A stretch of 50,496 nt of DNA from a virus. Under the pieces are notes generated by a model, which made no database searches, was not told the origin of the DNA, and saw nothing but the letters and a program-made list of their open reading frames with translations. Location: the IMG/VR virus record IMGVR_UViG_3300045988_030456, positions 1 to 50,496 of that record, one strand, 5' to 3'. Shown in pieces: positions 1 through 8,167 of this stretch. How positions within the stretch are numbered: the stretch's first letter is position 1; every line of letters starts with the position of its first letter. Made by a program: the position numbers and the translations under genes.

Positions 1-55
1 AATGCATGGTTCTTCCATGAATTATATTTCTCATAGAATTTTTCCTCCGTGAGTT
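1..55. repeat. Terminal overlap: nt 1-55 identical to nt 50442-50496 (circular assembly closure)
   Basis: Direct comparison of both window ends gives 55/55 identity. Joining the ends keeps the reverse-transcriptase ORF in frame. Confidence 0.9.
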
Positions 56-956
56 TCCCGGCTTTCACATCTTTTACCAGTTTTCGAAATTTCTTCTTAT
101 TCTTCCGCTTGTTCTCTCCGGTCAGTTTCCGAATATATTTCCCATCGGCCGTCATATAATGATGAAATCCTAAATATCGCATTCCTTTTCTAAACGGTAT
201 GATCTGTGTCTTTCCGTTCAATTCAAGTCCAAGTGTTTTTAGCATTTCTCTGATACATTCCAAACACCATCTCAAATATTCCTTATCTTGATGAATCAAG
301 TAGAAATCGTCCATATATCTTCCATATTCAGTTATTCCAAGTTCGCCCGTCACCATGCAGTCTACTGCATGAACCATAAGCAAGGCATATACCTGTCCGG
401 CTTGATTCCCGAGTGGCAAGCCAGGATTCTCGCTGCTATCAATCAATGTATGATTCAGCCACGTTGTGTACGGGTCTGGGAAGAAATAATCTACAATATC
501 TTTCAGTATTTCATGATCAATTTCGTAAAAGAAATGTCTTATATCGCATTTCAATATCCATCCGTCTACGCCATGTCTCTGATAGAATGATTCCATGTGG
601 TCCCTTAATCCATCTAATGCATACAGTGTTCCTTTTCCTATTTGTCCAGCAGAATTGTATTTTATAAATACATTCTTCAATTTTGGATGCAGAATGTTGT
701 CACAGAGTATGTGTTGCACTACCTTATCTTTAAACGAACACGATTCAATTACTCTTTGTTTCGGCTCATATATTTCGAACCGGTTATACGGAGCAACTGT
801 ATATGTCTGATTCTCTAACTGCTCTTTTAGGATATTGATTCCGTCTAAAGCGACATTAGAAAATCTTGCAGTGCTGCTATTAAATTTCTTGCCAGACTTA
901 GCTTTTCGATAAGCGTAATACAGATTCCCGTAATCCGTGACAATTTCTTTATCCAT
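1..956 (-). CDS. DGR reverse transcriptase, 5' portion (ORF runs off the window start and continues at 50441..50369)
   Basis: ATG at 956 with an AAAGGAG RBS. The ORF is open to nt 1, so it is absent from the ORF track. My translation reads MDKEIVTDYGNLYYAYRKAK...NSAGQIGKGT...GLPLGNQAGQVYA...GRYMDDFYLIH (YMDD box). It lies adjacent to TR and avd. Confidence 0.9.
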   Translation of the reverse strand, partial: MDKEIVTDYGNLYYAYRKAKSGKKFNSSTARFSNVALDGINILKEQLENQTYTVAPYNRFEIYEPKQRVIESCSFKDKVVQHILCDNILHPKLKNVFIKYNSAGQIGKGTLYALDGLRDHMESFYQRHGVDGWILKCDIRHFFYEIDHEILKDIVDYFFPDPYTTWLNHTLIDSSENPGLPLGNQAGQVYALLMVHAVDCMVTGELGITEYGRYMDDFYLIHQDKEYLRWCLECIREMLKTLGLELNGKTQIIPFRKGMRYLGFHHYMTADGKYIRKLTGENKRKNKKKFRKLVKDVKAGKLTEEKFYEKYNSWKNHA

Positions 957-1049
957 TGGTACTCCTTTATATTTACCTCTATGAGGACGGTCCGTTTCCT
1001 TTTTGTATCTTTCCCGATTTCGGCTTGATGCCTACTCTGACTCCCTGTT

Positions 1050-1123
1050 ATACAGAATGGGCGCACCCCGTGACTGTTGTTGTAGTTATTGTTGTTGACG
1101 TAACCGGACGGAGAAACAACCGC
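1050..1123 (-). repeat. DGR template repeat (TR), non-coding, between avd and RT
   Basis: About 74 nt homologous to VR1 and VR2. In the VR frame it reads TAC GTC AAC AAC AAT AAC TAC AAC AAC AGT CAC GGG GTG CGC CCA. Every TR/VR difference in the 63-nt core falls on a TR adenine. Confidence 0.9.
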
Positions 1124-1149
1124 TTAACGGAAACGAACCTAAAGTGTAT

Positions 1150-1521
1150 TTATCTTTGCCGGTCTTTAGTTCTCCATGCAATAGCCATATGTTTTACATC
1201 AGATACCAACTTTGACCAATATTCCACGCTCTTTTCACTGATAATATTTAGCTCATAGGACATCTCTATGTAGAAAAGTAGTTCATCACAATATGCAATT
1301 GCCTTTGTCTGCATCTCAAGTCGATCTCTTTTATAATTCTTGATATCCGTTCTATTCGCTTCAAAGAGCATTTCATAGATTTCCATTGACTTATTCTGCA
1401 TTTTATCAACAAGTGAAAATCTATATTTTTTTGGATATCGGTTGGCATTGCTGGTCACTTTCAATGTATGGGTGGCCAGTTCCTTCGCTTTTTGAATTAC
1501 TTTCAGATCATTCTCTGCCAT
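1150..1521 (-). CDS. avd: Accessory variability determinant (Avd), four-helix-bundle protein
   Basis: 123-aa helical ORF between the target gene and TR, the canonical DGR position. TAATG overlap with the upstream target stop. Confidence 0.8.
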   Translation of the reverse strand: MAENDLKVIQKAKELATHTLKVTSNANRYPKKYRFSLVDKMQNKSMEIYEMLFEANRTDIKNYKRDRLEMQTKAIAYCDELLFYIEMSYELNIISEKSVEYWSKLVSDVKHMAIAWRTKDRQR

Positions 1522-2120
1522 TAATCATCATCTTCCTCACAAGATTCAAAGATTGAAGAGGAAAAGATACAAACTGGGCGCACCCCGTGACAGTTGCGGC
1601 AGTCATCGTCGCGGACGAAACCGGACGGAGAAACAACCCGAACAAAGGTGTCATCATCATTACAAGCTGTGCTGCTTGGTGTAAGTGTCCACCACCATTT
1701 GCCTGTATTTGGCAAATGTTTTCTATACTTCCGGTATTCATCCACAGAAATAAGCGAAACATAATCTCTACAAGTTCCATATTCCGTCTGACCATCCAAC
1801 GAAAGTAAATTGCGTTCAAATTCGACCAGCGAATCTGTCCCTAATTCGCTTTCAATCTTTTTGCGGAGATCAGTGTTTAACTCATTCCTCAAATCACTGG
1901 ATTTCCAATCGTTGCAATTATCATCAAACTCTCTGTCTCTTCCGTAAAAATCTTCCGAAATTGCAAAATATCCTTTTTCAAGCTTGTCCAACACCAGCCA
2001 CTTAATACCGGCAACCTCAATTGTCTTTCCGATTCCCGGCTTCTGGTATTTTTTTCTTAACTGTTCAAAAACTTCATTAAGATTTTTAAGGTTTTCTCCG
2101 AATTCTTTTAACGTCATCAT
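1521..2120 (-). CDS. DGR target protein 1 (199 aa) with C-terminal variable region
   Basis: ORF track. The C-terminus ...WWWTLTPSSTACNDDDTFVRVVSPSGFVRDDDCRNCHGVRPVCIF contains VR1. Paralogue of the next gene. Confidence 0.85.
   Translation of the reverse strand: MMTLKEFGENLKNLNEVFEQLRKKYQKPGIGKTIEVAGIKWLVLDKLEKGYFAISEDFYGRDREFDDNCNDWKSSDLRNELNTDLRKKIESELGTDSLVEFERNLLSLDGQTEYGTCRDYVSLISVDEYRKYRKHLPNTGKWWWTLTPSSTACNDDDTFVRVVSPSGFVRDDDCRNCHGVRPVCIFSSSIFESCEEDDD
1567..1639 (-). repeat. DGR variable repeat VR1
   Basis: Aligns to TR with an offset of 517 nt. Ten substitutions in the core, all at TR adenines. Shares the GC-rich 3' end GGGGTGCGCCCA. Confidence 0.9.
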
Positions 2121-2132
2121 GTTTTACTCCTC

Positions 2133-2732
2133 CTAAACTTTGGATACAAAGATATTAGATTTTAAGATACAAAATGGGCGCACCCCGAGACTGTAGTAGT
2201 AGCCATTGCAGTTGACGCAACCGGACGGAGAAACAACCGCTACTGAATACTCCCATCCTCTTTCTTTCGTACTCCAAGGTGTGCAAGTCCAGTACCAATC
2301 CGGGAGGTCTTTGTTTACAAGCAGATCATTGTATTCACGTGCTTCGTCAAATGTCAGAGGTCTTACTTTTGTCAAAAGTTTTCCAAATACTTCCTGTCCA
2401 TCAAGTGTTACTAATCCGGCTTCATTTGTGCAAATATTTTCTTTCCCAAATTCTTCAGAAAACTCATTGAGAATTTCGCCCTCACACAGTTCTCTTAATG
2501 ATGATTTCCTGTATTCCGTACAATCATCATCAAATTTCACATCTTCACGATATAAGTTTTCTGTAATAACTACAGTGCAATCTTCTTTCTGTTCCAGTAC
2601 AATGAATCTTCCGATACCTGTATCAAACTTTCCACCAACCGGAATGTCTTTCAGCATCACTTTGTTTTTCCGGTCTTCTTTTTCGATAGTTGCTACTAAG
2701 TTCTTTGCTAATTCCAATACATTACTGCTCAT
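2133..2732 (-). CDS. DGR target protein 2 (199 aa from ATG 2732) with C-terminal variable region
   Basis: ORF track 2133..2807. An internal ATG at 2732 has an AGGAGG RBS. The C-terminus ...WYWTCTPWSTKERGWEYSVAVVSPSGCVNCNGYYYSLGVRPFCIL contains VR2. Confidence 0.85.
   Translation of the reverse strand: MSSNVLELAKNLVATIEKEDRKNKVMLKDIPVGGKFDTGIGRFIVLEQKEDCTVVITENLYREDVKFDDDCTEYRKSSLRELCEGEILNEFSEEFGKENICTNEAGLVTLDGQEVFGKLLTKVRPLTFDEAREYNDLLVNKDLPDWYWTCTPWSTKERGWEYSVAVVSPSGCVNCNGYYYSLGVRPFCILKSNIFVSKV
2167..2240 (-). repeat. DGR variable repeat VR2
   Basis: Aligns to TR with an offset of 1117 nt. Eight substitutions in the core, all at TR adenines. Confidence 0.9.
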
Positions 2733-2833
2733 TATTCTTTTCCTCCTGTTTCTTTCTCCAATATTCATACGGATCCGCATAATGTGGCTTCCGTTTAAAA
2801 TCCTCAATAGCCTGTTCCTGTCTTGTCACAAAG

Positions 2834-2986
2834 TCACCTCCGAACATCGTTCTTTTTGTTACGTCTTACTATTCTCCGCTTTTTCTTTGTTTCTCCAGGT
2901 AATTCAGCTTTAGCACTCGCCCAACTACAGTCTGCCAAAGGACAGATAAAACAGTTTGGATAAGTGCATCCATCCGGTTTTGCCAT
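2834..2986 (-). CDS. Small Cys-rich protein (50 aa), hypothetical
   Basis: My translation is MAKPDGCTYPNCFICPLADCSW... with an AGGAGG RBS. It is below the ORF-track size cut-off. Confidence 0.4.
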   Translation of the reverse strand: MAKPDGCTYPNCFICPLADCSWASAKAELPGETKKKRRIVRRNKKNDVRR

Positions 2987-2996
2987 ATTCTTCCTC

Positions 2997-3719
2997 CTAT
3001 GTGATAAGCTTTCTCTCTAAATCATTCATGTCATAGTTCCGCCCATCGAAATTATTGAATCCTTTTTTCTCTTGTCCGCTATCCTCGTACTGTCCCTCAG
3101 ACACTTTTGTGAAATTGTTCGGCAACACAAACCAGTCGAATGTTATCTTCCAGTTTTTCACTTTCCCTTGTAAGTACTTGCTTTTCTTCACATTGTCCAC
3201 TGCTTTCAAGACATCATCCAATCCGTTGCTTTCTAATCTCGCTTGTAAATTCTGATATCTCTTGGAAGTCTTTTCTATCTTCTTTACAGGTTTTATCCCG
3301 TAGCTTTCCAAATCGTTCCAAGCTTTTATGACAGCTTCAACGGATCCATTGTCTTTCTCCGGCTTTTCTTCCTGTCTTATCGGCTTATCTTTTTTTTCAT
3401 TCTTCTGTTCGGTCTGGTATCTTGCGTAGTTATTCACCGTATATACGGTATATCGGTTGGTACTTTTGCATGTGATTTCTCCCGTCTTTTCCAGGTGCTT
3501 TAATGCTGTCTTTACCTTGCTTTCGCTCATTCCTGTTCCTTTTGCCAATTTGTCTATCGATGCAACAAATGATCCTTTTTTTATCTCTTCGCCACGATAG
3601 CTTGCGTCTTTCCAATTCGCTTTTAATAGCATGTGCAAGAACAGATGGCATGTATTTACGTCTGTATACCAGTCCCATTCCAGTATTTTTCTGCTAAGTT
3701 TTATGTAATTCTCGCTCAC
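2997..3719 (-). CDS. Phage replisome organizer / DnaD-like replication protein
   Basis: 240 aa. The N-terminus IKLSRKILEWDWY...GSFVASIDKLAKGTGMSESKVKTALKHLEKTGEI is winged-helix-like, as in replisome organizers. It sits in the replication module. Confidence 0.55.
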   Translation of the reverse strand: MSENYIKLSRKILEWDWYTDVNTCHLFLHMLLKANWKDASYRGEEIKKGSFVASIDKLAKGTGMSESKVKTALKHLEKTGEITCKSTNRYTVYTVNNYARYQTEQKNEKKDKPIRQEEKPEKDNGSVEAVIKAWNDLESYGIKPVKKIEKTSKRYQNLQARLESNGLDDVLKAVDNVKKSKYLQGKVKNWKITFDWFVLPNNFTKVSEGQYEDSGQEKKGFNNFDGRNYDMNDLERKLIT

Positions 3720-4087
3720 ACCTCTTCAATATCCACCTCAATTCTCGGATTTTTCTTATCAACATAGAATTCATCCGTGAATCCCACTATGTTTTTCCAC
3801 CCATCGTCCTGTAAGACTTTGGTATCTACTAATGCATCTTGTATACACTTTCGTCCAAATGCGCTCACATTATCCAAATCCCGTCTCTTGTCCGGTTCAT
3901 ACCATCGGTAGTGCATCCGTACCTTTCTTGTTATTCGCAATCTTCCGAATTGCTCATATATAGCTTGCATCACACGGGATTCATTATCTTTCTTCATATC
4001 CGCACCTTTATACCTGTTAGTATTCAGTGCCCGGATATAATCATTCATGTTGTTCAGTTTCCCTTTTATGATTAGTATGTAATGCAT
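3716..4087 (-). CDS. rusA: RusA-family Holliday junction resolvase
   Basis: MHYILIIKGKLNNMNDY...RRDLDNVSAFGRKCIQDALVDTKVLQDDGW matches RusA-type motifs. The start was chosen at an internal ATG of ORF 3716..4183. Confidence 0.7.
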   Translation of the reverse strand: MHYILIIKGKLNNMNDYIRALNTNRYKGADMKKDNESRVMQAIYEQFGRLRITRKVRMHYRWYEPDKRRDLDNVSAFGRKCIQDALVDTKVLQDDGWKNIVGFTDEFYVDKKNPRIEVDIEEV

Positions 4088-4451
4088 TGTATTCCCCCGC
4101 ATCTTTCCAACTTTTGAATGTCTGTGACATACATTTTCTTTTTTTAAGCGTCGACCTCGCCCTTGATAAATCTTTGTTGACATATTCGTGATACATCTTG
4201 GTGTCTATTGGATCACTTGGTATCGGTCTGAATATCCCTTTCCCTGTGTTTACGATGCAATCACCATCACAGTTTGCTTTCTCTATCATTCTTCTCAAGG
4301 CTCTATCTACGTTTGGGTCTGCCGGACGTTGCATTGCGTTTTTGTGTCCATCTGATATCCTGATAAAATAGCTTTCTGCTATCTCTCTGCTATTCTTTCC
4401 CAACGCTTTTCTCCTTTCTGCCGGAGTGTGGCTTCTCCGGCCGTGATACAA
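4041..4451 (-). CDS. Hypothetical protein (start uncertain; TTG in track)
   Basis: ORF track only. No convincing RBS and no recognised motif. Confidence 0.3.
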   Translation of the reverse strand: MYHGRRSHTPAERRKALGKNSREIAESYFIRISDGHKNAMQRPADPNVDRALRRMIEKANCDGDCIVNTGKGIFRPIPSDPIDTKMYHEYVNKDLSRARSTLKKRKCMSQTFKSWKDAGEYNALHTNHKRETEQHE

Positions 4452-4544
4452 TATCTTGTGCTGTGCATATCGAATGGGTGAGATGATATGCGTTAGAACC
4501 TGTTAATAGTTCCTTTTTTGCCACATGAATCTATATTTATTTGG

Positions 4545-4841
4545 TTACAACCTGTTCTTTCCGAACACCTGTATGAACTCTTCTCTTGTCCCATAGTGTT
4601 CTTCAAAATATCTCTGTGCCATCTGCTTAAGTTCTAAGTCCAACCCACTGTTTGGGTTCCCGTGTACGCTCTCGGGCGTAAATTCGTGTAAATGTGGTGC
4701 TAACGGTATCACAAATCCGTATTCTTCCGATTTTTTTCTGTACGGACCATAGAAAATGTGGTGTCTGTGGCAGTTTGGACTTCCTGTAAAGTAGCAGTGC
4801 TCCATATCGTCAGTGAATACACTTTTAAGTCTTTTCGCCAA
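4545..4841 (-). CDS. Small HNH/DUF968-like zinc-binding protein
   Basis: 98 aa with CYFTGSPNCHRHHIFYG...IPLAPHLH, a pattern resembling prophage DUF968/HNH-like proteins. Confidence 0.4.
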   Translation of the reverse strand: MAKRLKSVFTDDMEHCYFTGSPNCHRHHIFYGPYRKKSEEYGFVIPLAPHLHEFTPESVHGNPNSGLDLELKQMAQRYFEEHYGTREEFIQVFGKNRL

Positions 4842-5385
4842 TCTTCACACCCCATCTTTCTTTCATTTCGCTGATTTGGTTCGGTGTCATAGTCTCTATG
4901 CCAAGTTCTCTTGCTTCATACACAGTCCCGTCAATCAGTTTTGCCATTTCATCGGTATCGTAAGTATGTGAACCTCGCATTACCAGATTTACCCGGAATA
5001 CTTTTCCTTTGTGATTGGTGGTTGTCTTAGATGTAGGTTGCAGATGAACAAATTCCACATTGTATGCGTCTATATCATCGTCCAACGGTAGTGGGACTAA
5101 TGCACCGTTAATGGTTTCGTACTGTCCGTATTCCGCTATTAGCTTATTCTTTATGTACACCTTGCTGTTCCCGGTCGCATCTGCAATCTTTCCAACCAGT
5201 ACATGAAAGTAAGAGTTTGCATCGAGACTTCTTTTTTTCTTGTATTCCTTAATCGTTATTGCAATCTGCTTACCTCTAAAGTTCTCAAATGCCTGTCTTG
5301 CGTCTTCATTTAGCGTCAGACTGGCTTTCTGCTTATTGGTGGCAAAATCCACCGCTAAGCCATCAAAAGTCCCTGTATAGTTCAT
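4825..5385 (-). CDS. NinB/Orf-like recombination mediator
   Basis: 186 aa. KKKRSLDANSYFHVLVGKIA resembles the RSLDQN motif of lambda NinB. It lies directly downstream of the annealing-protein gene. Confidence 0.5.
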   Translation of the reverse strand: MNYTGTFDGLAVDFATNKQKASLTLNEDARQAFENFRGKQIAITIKEYKKKRSLDANSYFHVLVGKIADATGNSKVYIKNKLIAEYGQYETINGALVPLPLDDDIDAYNVEFVHLQPTSKTTTNHKGKVFRVNLVMRGSHTYDTDEMAKLIDGTVYEARELGIETMTPNQISEMKERWGVKIGEKT

Positions 5386-6008
5386 TAATCATCACCATAC
5401 TTTTTCTTAATCGCATTCAGCATCATTGCACATTCTGTTTCTGTAAGTGTGTCCACCGTCTTTCCATTTCCGCATACCCAAGCTTCTAAATCAATGCCGT
5501 GTGCCGTACACTGCGTTTTAAGCGTTTTCTTTTTTGCTTCTGATGCAAGATTCTCTCCAGTTCCAGGAATCTGTGCTTCCAGTTTGTTGTATTCTTCTTT
5601 CAGCCATAAGTTAAATCCAAGTCCAGTATGAATAGCCACACACTTCACAAACGCTCTGCACATGCTGTTCCATACTCTCTGTTGGCTCATGGAGTTGTCC
5701 TTTACTGGATTTGCGCCGTTCATTACTGGTGTCTGCATCTCATACTCTTTATCGTCAATCACAACTTTTATTCGTGTTTCATAACAACGATTTGTATTAT
5801 TGTTTTTGTCCTTAAACTCGATGTCTGTTTTTCTAAGGCTACTTCCGGTTTGCGGATCAGGAATTGGCTCCCAATACACCTCGGTAGCACCATTCTGTCT
5901 CAGCAGTTCAATACATTTCGCCCAGTTCAAATACGTGAATCCATCTCGTTTTTCGCAATACTGGCTTACATCGACTTTCACTAATTCCTCGTAGCTTTTA
6001 AGTGCCAT
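5385..6008 (-). CDS. Sak/Rad52-like single-strand annealing protein (DUF1071-like)
   Basis: 207 aa. ...GFTYLNWAKCIELLRQNG...WEPIPD...RCYETRIKV... resembles Rad52/Sak recombinases. It sits in the recombination module. Confidence 0.6.
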   Translation of the reverse strand: MALKSYEELVKVDVSQYCEKRDGFTYLNWAKCIELLRQNGATEVYWEPIPDPQTGSSLRKTDIEFKDKNNNTNRCYETRIKVVIDDKEYEMQTPVMNGANPVKDNSMSQQRVWNSMCRAFVKCVAIHTGLGFNLWLKEEYNKLEAQIPGTGENLASEAKKKTLKTQCTAHGIDLEAWVCGNGKTVDTLTETECAMMLNAIKKKYGDD

Positions 6009-6188
6009 TTATAACATCCTCCTATACATGTCATTCAAGCAATCTTCGCATAGCTTCTCATCGTCTACCGTGTATAGATATTCACCCTCATACATCGGCA
6101 CACCGCATGAGCTACAGTAAGTTACTGGTTCCGGCTCCGGCGGTATGGTCTTCCAATGGTCATAGCCTTTAATGCTTTCCATCTTCAT
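6009..6188 (-). CDS. Small zinc-ribbon protein (59 aa)
   Basis: My translation is MKMESIKGYDHWKTIPPEPEPVTYCSSCGVPMYEGEYLYTVDDEKLCEDCLNDMYRRML, with CxxC...CxxC. Confidence 0.4.
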   Translation of the reverse strand: MKMESIKGYDHWKTIPPEPEPVTYCSSCGVPMYEGEYLYTVDDEKLCEDCLNDMYRRML

Positions 6189-6390
6189 CCCACCCCATTA
6201 ACTTTAAAATCATGTCTCGCTCAACATAGCTGCTTTTGCGGACAAATCTTTTCAGTGTATCCAGTTGTGCTTTCTGGTATGCATATTCCTCAACAACTTC
6301 TCCGTAATCTTCAACAACGTCTGCTACCGCATCTATCACGCTTTGTAAGCTATCTTTTTTCTCTTCTCCCATGTTCAAATCCCCTTTCAT
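6169..6390 (-). CDS. Hypothetical protein (73 aa)
   Basis: ORF track, same orientation as its neighbours. Confidence 0.45.
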   Translation of the reverse strand: MKGDLNMGEEKKDSLQSVIDAVADVVEDYGEVVEEYAYQKAQLDTLKRFVRKSSYVERDMILKLMGWDEDGKH

Positions 6391-6869
6391 GTGTTATAAT
6401 TTCCTTGAATGTTTTTCTGAGTGCTTGACTGGATTTTATCCATCGGCACTCTTTTTCTATACGCATCCGGCTATCATAACCGCCAATGCGTATAGCGTTA
6501 TCACAAGTGCTATCCTGTAGTAGTTAAGCTTGTCTTCCATGTGCTACCTCCTACCAGATCATAAGTGTCAGCATTGCGATGAATGTGACAAACCATAAGC
6601 AACGCCAAAAGATTAATTTTCTTTTCAACTTGCGGATGATCTCTGTTGCCATTGTCATGTGTGCTTCCTCCTGTTCTTCAGATTTGCGAATTACAGGAGA
6701 ATGTGTTATAATCAACCTGTATTCGCTAAGTGTTCTTTAGCGGTACACCGCCCTGTCTGGTATGCCAGTACCAGCGGGGCACTTTTTATGTCCCTTTTAT
6801 CGTCAGACCGATTGTGTCTGACATATATCTATATTCTTTTTATTCTTATTCTTCTTTATATTCTTCTAT

Positions 6870-7145
6870 TGTTGTTAACTGGCTTGCGAATTGATTGTTA
6901 ATTGATTGTTATGTGGCTTGCTAACCGTTTTCACTTGACAAGCAGTTTTGCCTTATTTTTCAAGGGTTTTAGCTTGTCATTTGCTTGTCAACTGGCTTGT
7001 CAAAATTTTCGATTTTTTGAAAATTTCTTTAATTTTGGCTTGTCAATTGATTGTTATCTGAGTGACGTTTGGCTTGCGACCAGTTGCCGTTTTCCCCTTA
7101 TTTTTCAAGGGTTGTGGCTTGCTAAGTGGCTTGCGATTTGACCAA
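6870..7145. repeat. Iteron cluster with central AT-rich palindrome: putative phage origin of replication
   Basis: About 10 copies of TGGCTTG(C/T)(G/T/C)AA-type 11-mers (for example 6914, 6993, 7036, 7070, 7115, 7127). Three copies of ATTGATTGTTA. A duplicated TTATTTTTCAAGGGTT. An AT-rich AAAATTTTCGATTTTTTGAAAATTT at about 7001-7026. No credible ORF. Confidence 0.6.
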
Positions 7146-7209
7146 AAATCAACTACCATTTTCACATTTACCTTTTCAATAATTTGAATACATTGAAAAA
7201 TAAATATTT

Positions 7210-7881
7210 TTAGGCTTTTTTACTGCCTTTCGTACCTGTTTTTTTCACCTTTTTATATGCGTTATTACCGCCAATGATGTTCCCATTTTTGTCAAGTTCG
7301 TCCCAAACATAGCGTCCTTTGCCGGAGTTTCGCCACTGTGAAAAACCTCTCAATTCTCCGTAGTCAAGCCATTCTTTTATGAGTTTTACATGGCTATCTA
7401 GCATACACTGAACGGTAAATTCCATTGTTGTGCCAACCGGAACGGTCTCTGAACATGCAAGGGATATTCTTTCTCCCTGTGGTGTATTTGCCCGGAGCGG
7501 TCTCTGACACGTCCCCATATCCCCGTCAAAAATCAGTGGAATTTTGCGCTCTTTCACAAAAATAAGACCGTCAATCTCCTTTTTGTACGCTTTAATTTTT
7601 GATGATTCACTGCCCTTTACTTTACGAAGCATTCCGCAAGAATCTTTGAACATGCCTTTTAACTGGTAGTCATATACGAACGGCTTTCCGTCTTCGTATT
7701 TGTGGAAAATCGTCATTGATTTCTCTTCCACTGCATCTACACCCAGTGTTGCTACTTCGTCCTCACGGGACGGTGCGTCCGGCGCTTTGGATGCAATATA
7801 AGTCCGGTGAATCTCCTTATCCGCACACTGAGAACCTAATACTTCCTCAGTGAACGTAATTCTTACTTTCAGTTCTTTCAT
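7210..7881 (-). CDS. Hypothetical protein (223 aa) flanked by two repeat-rich non-coding regions
   Basis: ORF track. Beta-rich N-terminus MKELKVRITFTEEVLGS, a Gly-rich SQWRNSGKGRYVW segment and a Lys-rich tail. No family recognised. Confidence 0.55.
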   Translation of the reverse strand: MKELKVRITFTEEVLGSQCADKEIHRTYIASKAPDAPSREDEVATLGVDAVEEKSMTIFHKYEDGKPFVYDYQLKGMFKDSCGMLRKVKGSESSKIKAYKKEIDGLIFVKERKIPLIFDGDMGTCQRPLRANTPQGERISLACSETVPVGTTMEFTVQCMLDSHVKLIKEWLDYGELRGFSQWRNSGKGRYVWDELDKNGNIIGGNNAYKKVKKTGTKGSKKA

Positions 7882-7960
7882 GATACTGTTTTCTCCTTTT
7901 CAATTTGTTTTGGTTGCTTTACCATTCTGCGCTCTTCCTTTTCTTGTCGAAACTGTGCTC

Positions 7961-8167
7961 AGCTTTTCCGTTTCAAAGCTTTTCACTTCGTTTCCGTCTC
8001 GAAGCATCGCCTTTCCTTTTCAAGGCTATTCCATGCTATTCCGTTTCAGAGCTTCTCTCTTCAATTCCTTATCTTTTCGTGTCTGTTCGTGCTGATCTGC
8101 TACTTTTCTTATCCGTGCTAAGCGACACAAAGCCATTTTATTTCCGCGCTGTTCATTTCCGTCTCAG
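7961..8167 (-). repeat. Array of four hairpin/repeat units with conserved core (plus strand TTCCGTYTC; minus strand GARACGGAA)
   Basis: Copies at 7961-7980 (stem AGCTTT/AAAGCT), 7986-8004 (stem CTTCG/CGAAG), 8039-8052 and 8156-8167. They lie in a roughly 430-nt region with no ORF of 60 aa or more on the transcribed strand. Confidence 0.5.

Noticed and set aside
1-55. The 55-nt terminal direct repeat as attL/attR, LTR or a terminal redundancy of biological origin
   Set aside because: The repeat lies inside the RT coding sequence and joining it restores the frame. Its length equals a common assembler k-mer. It is most simply a circularisation overlap.
1-956. Reverse transcriptase as a group II intron or retron RT
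   Set aside because: There are no intron RNA domains and no maturase/En domain. An Avd gene and a TR with two adenine-mutagenised VRs lie immediately adjacent, which identifies it as a DGR RT.
288-1258. Several 70-100-aa plus-strand ORFs in the track (288..590, 413..667, 595..810, 956..1258)
   Set aside because: They lie antisense to or over the continuous 318-codon RT reading frame and the TR. They have low-complexity, Cys/Phe-rich shadow-type composition and no RBS.
6870-7145. Repeat cluster as a CRISPR array
   Set aside because: The repeats are about 11 nt, irregularly spaced, in both orientations and mixed with other repeat families and an AT-rich core. This is iteron/origin architecture, not 25-40-nt repeats with unique spacers.
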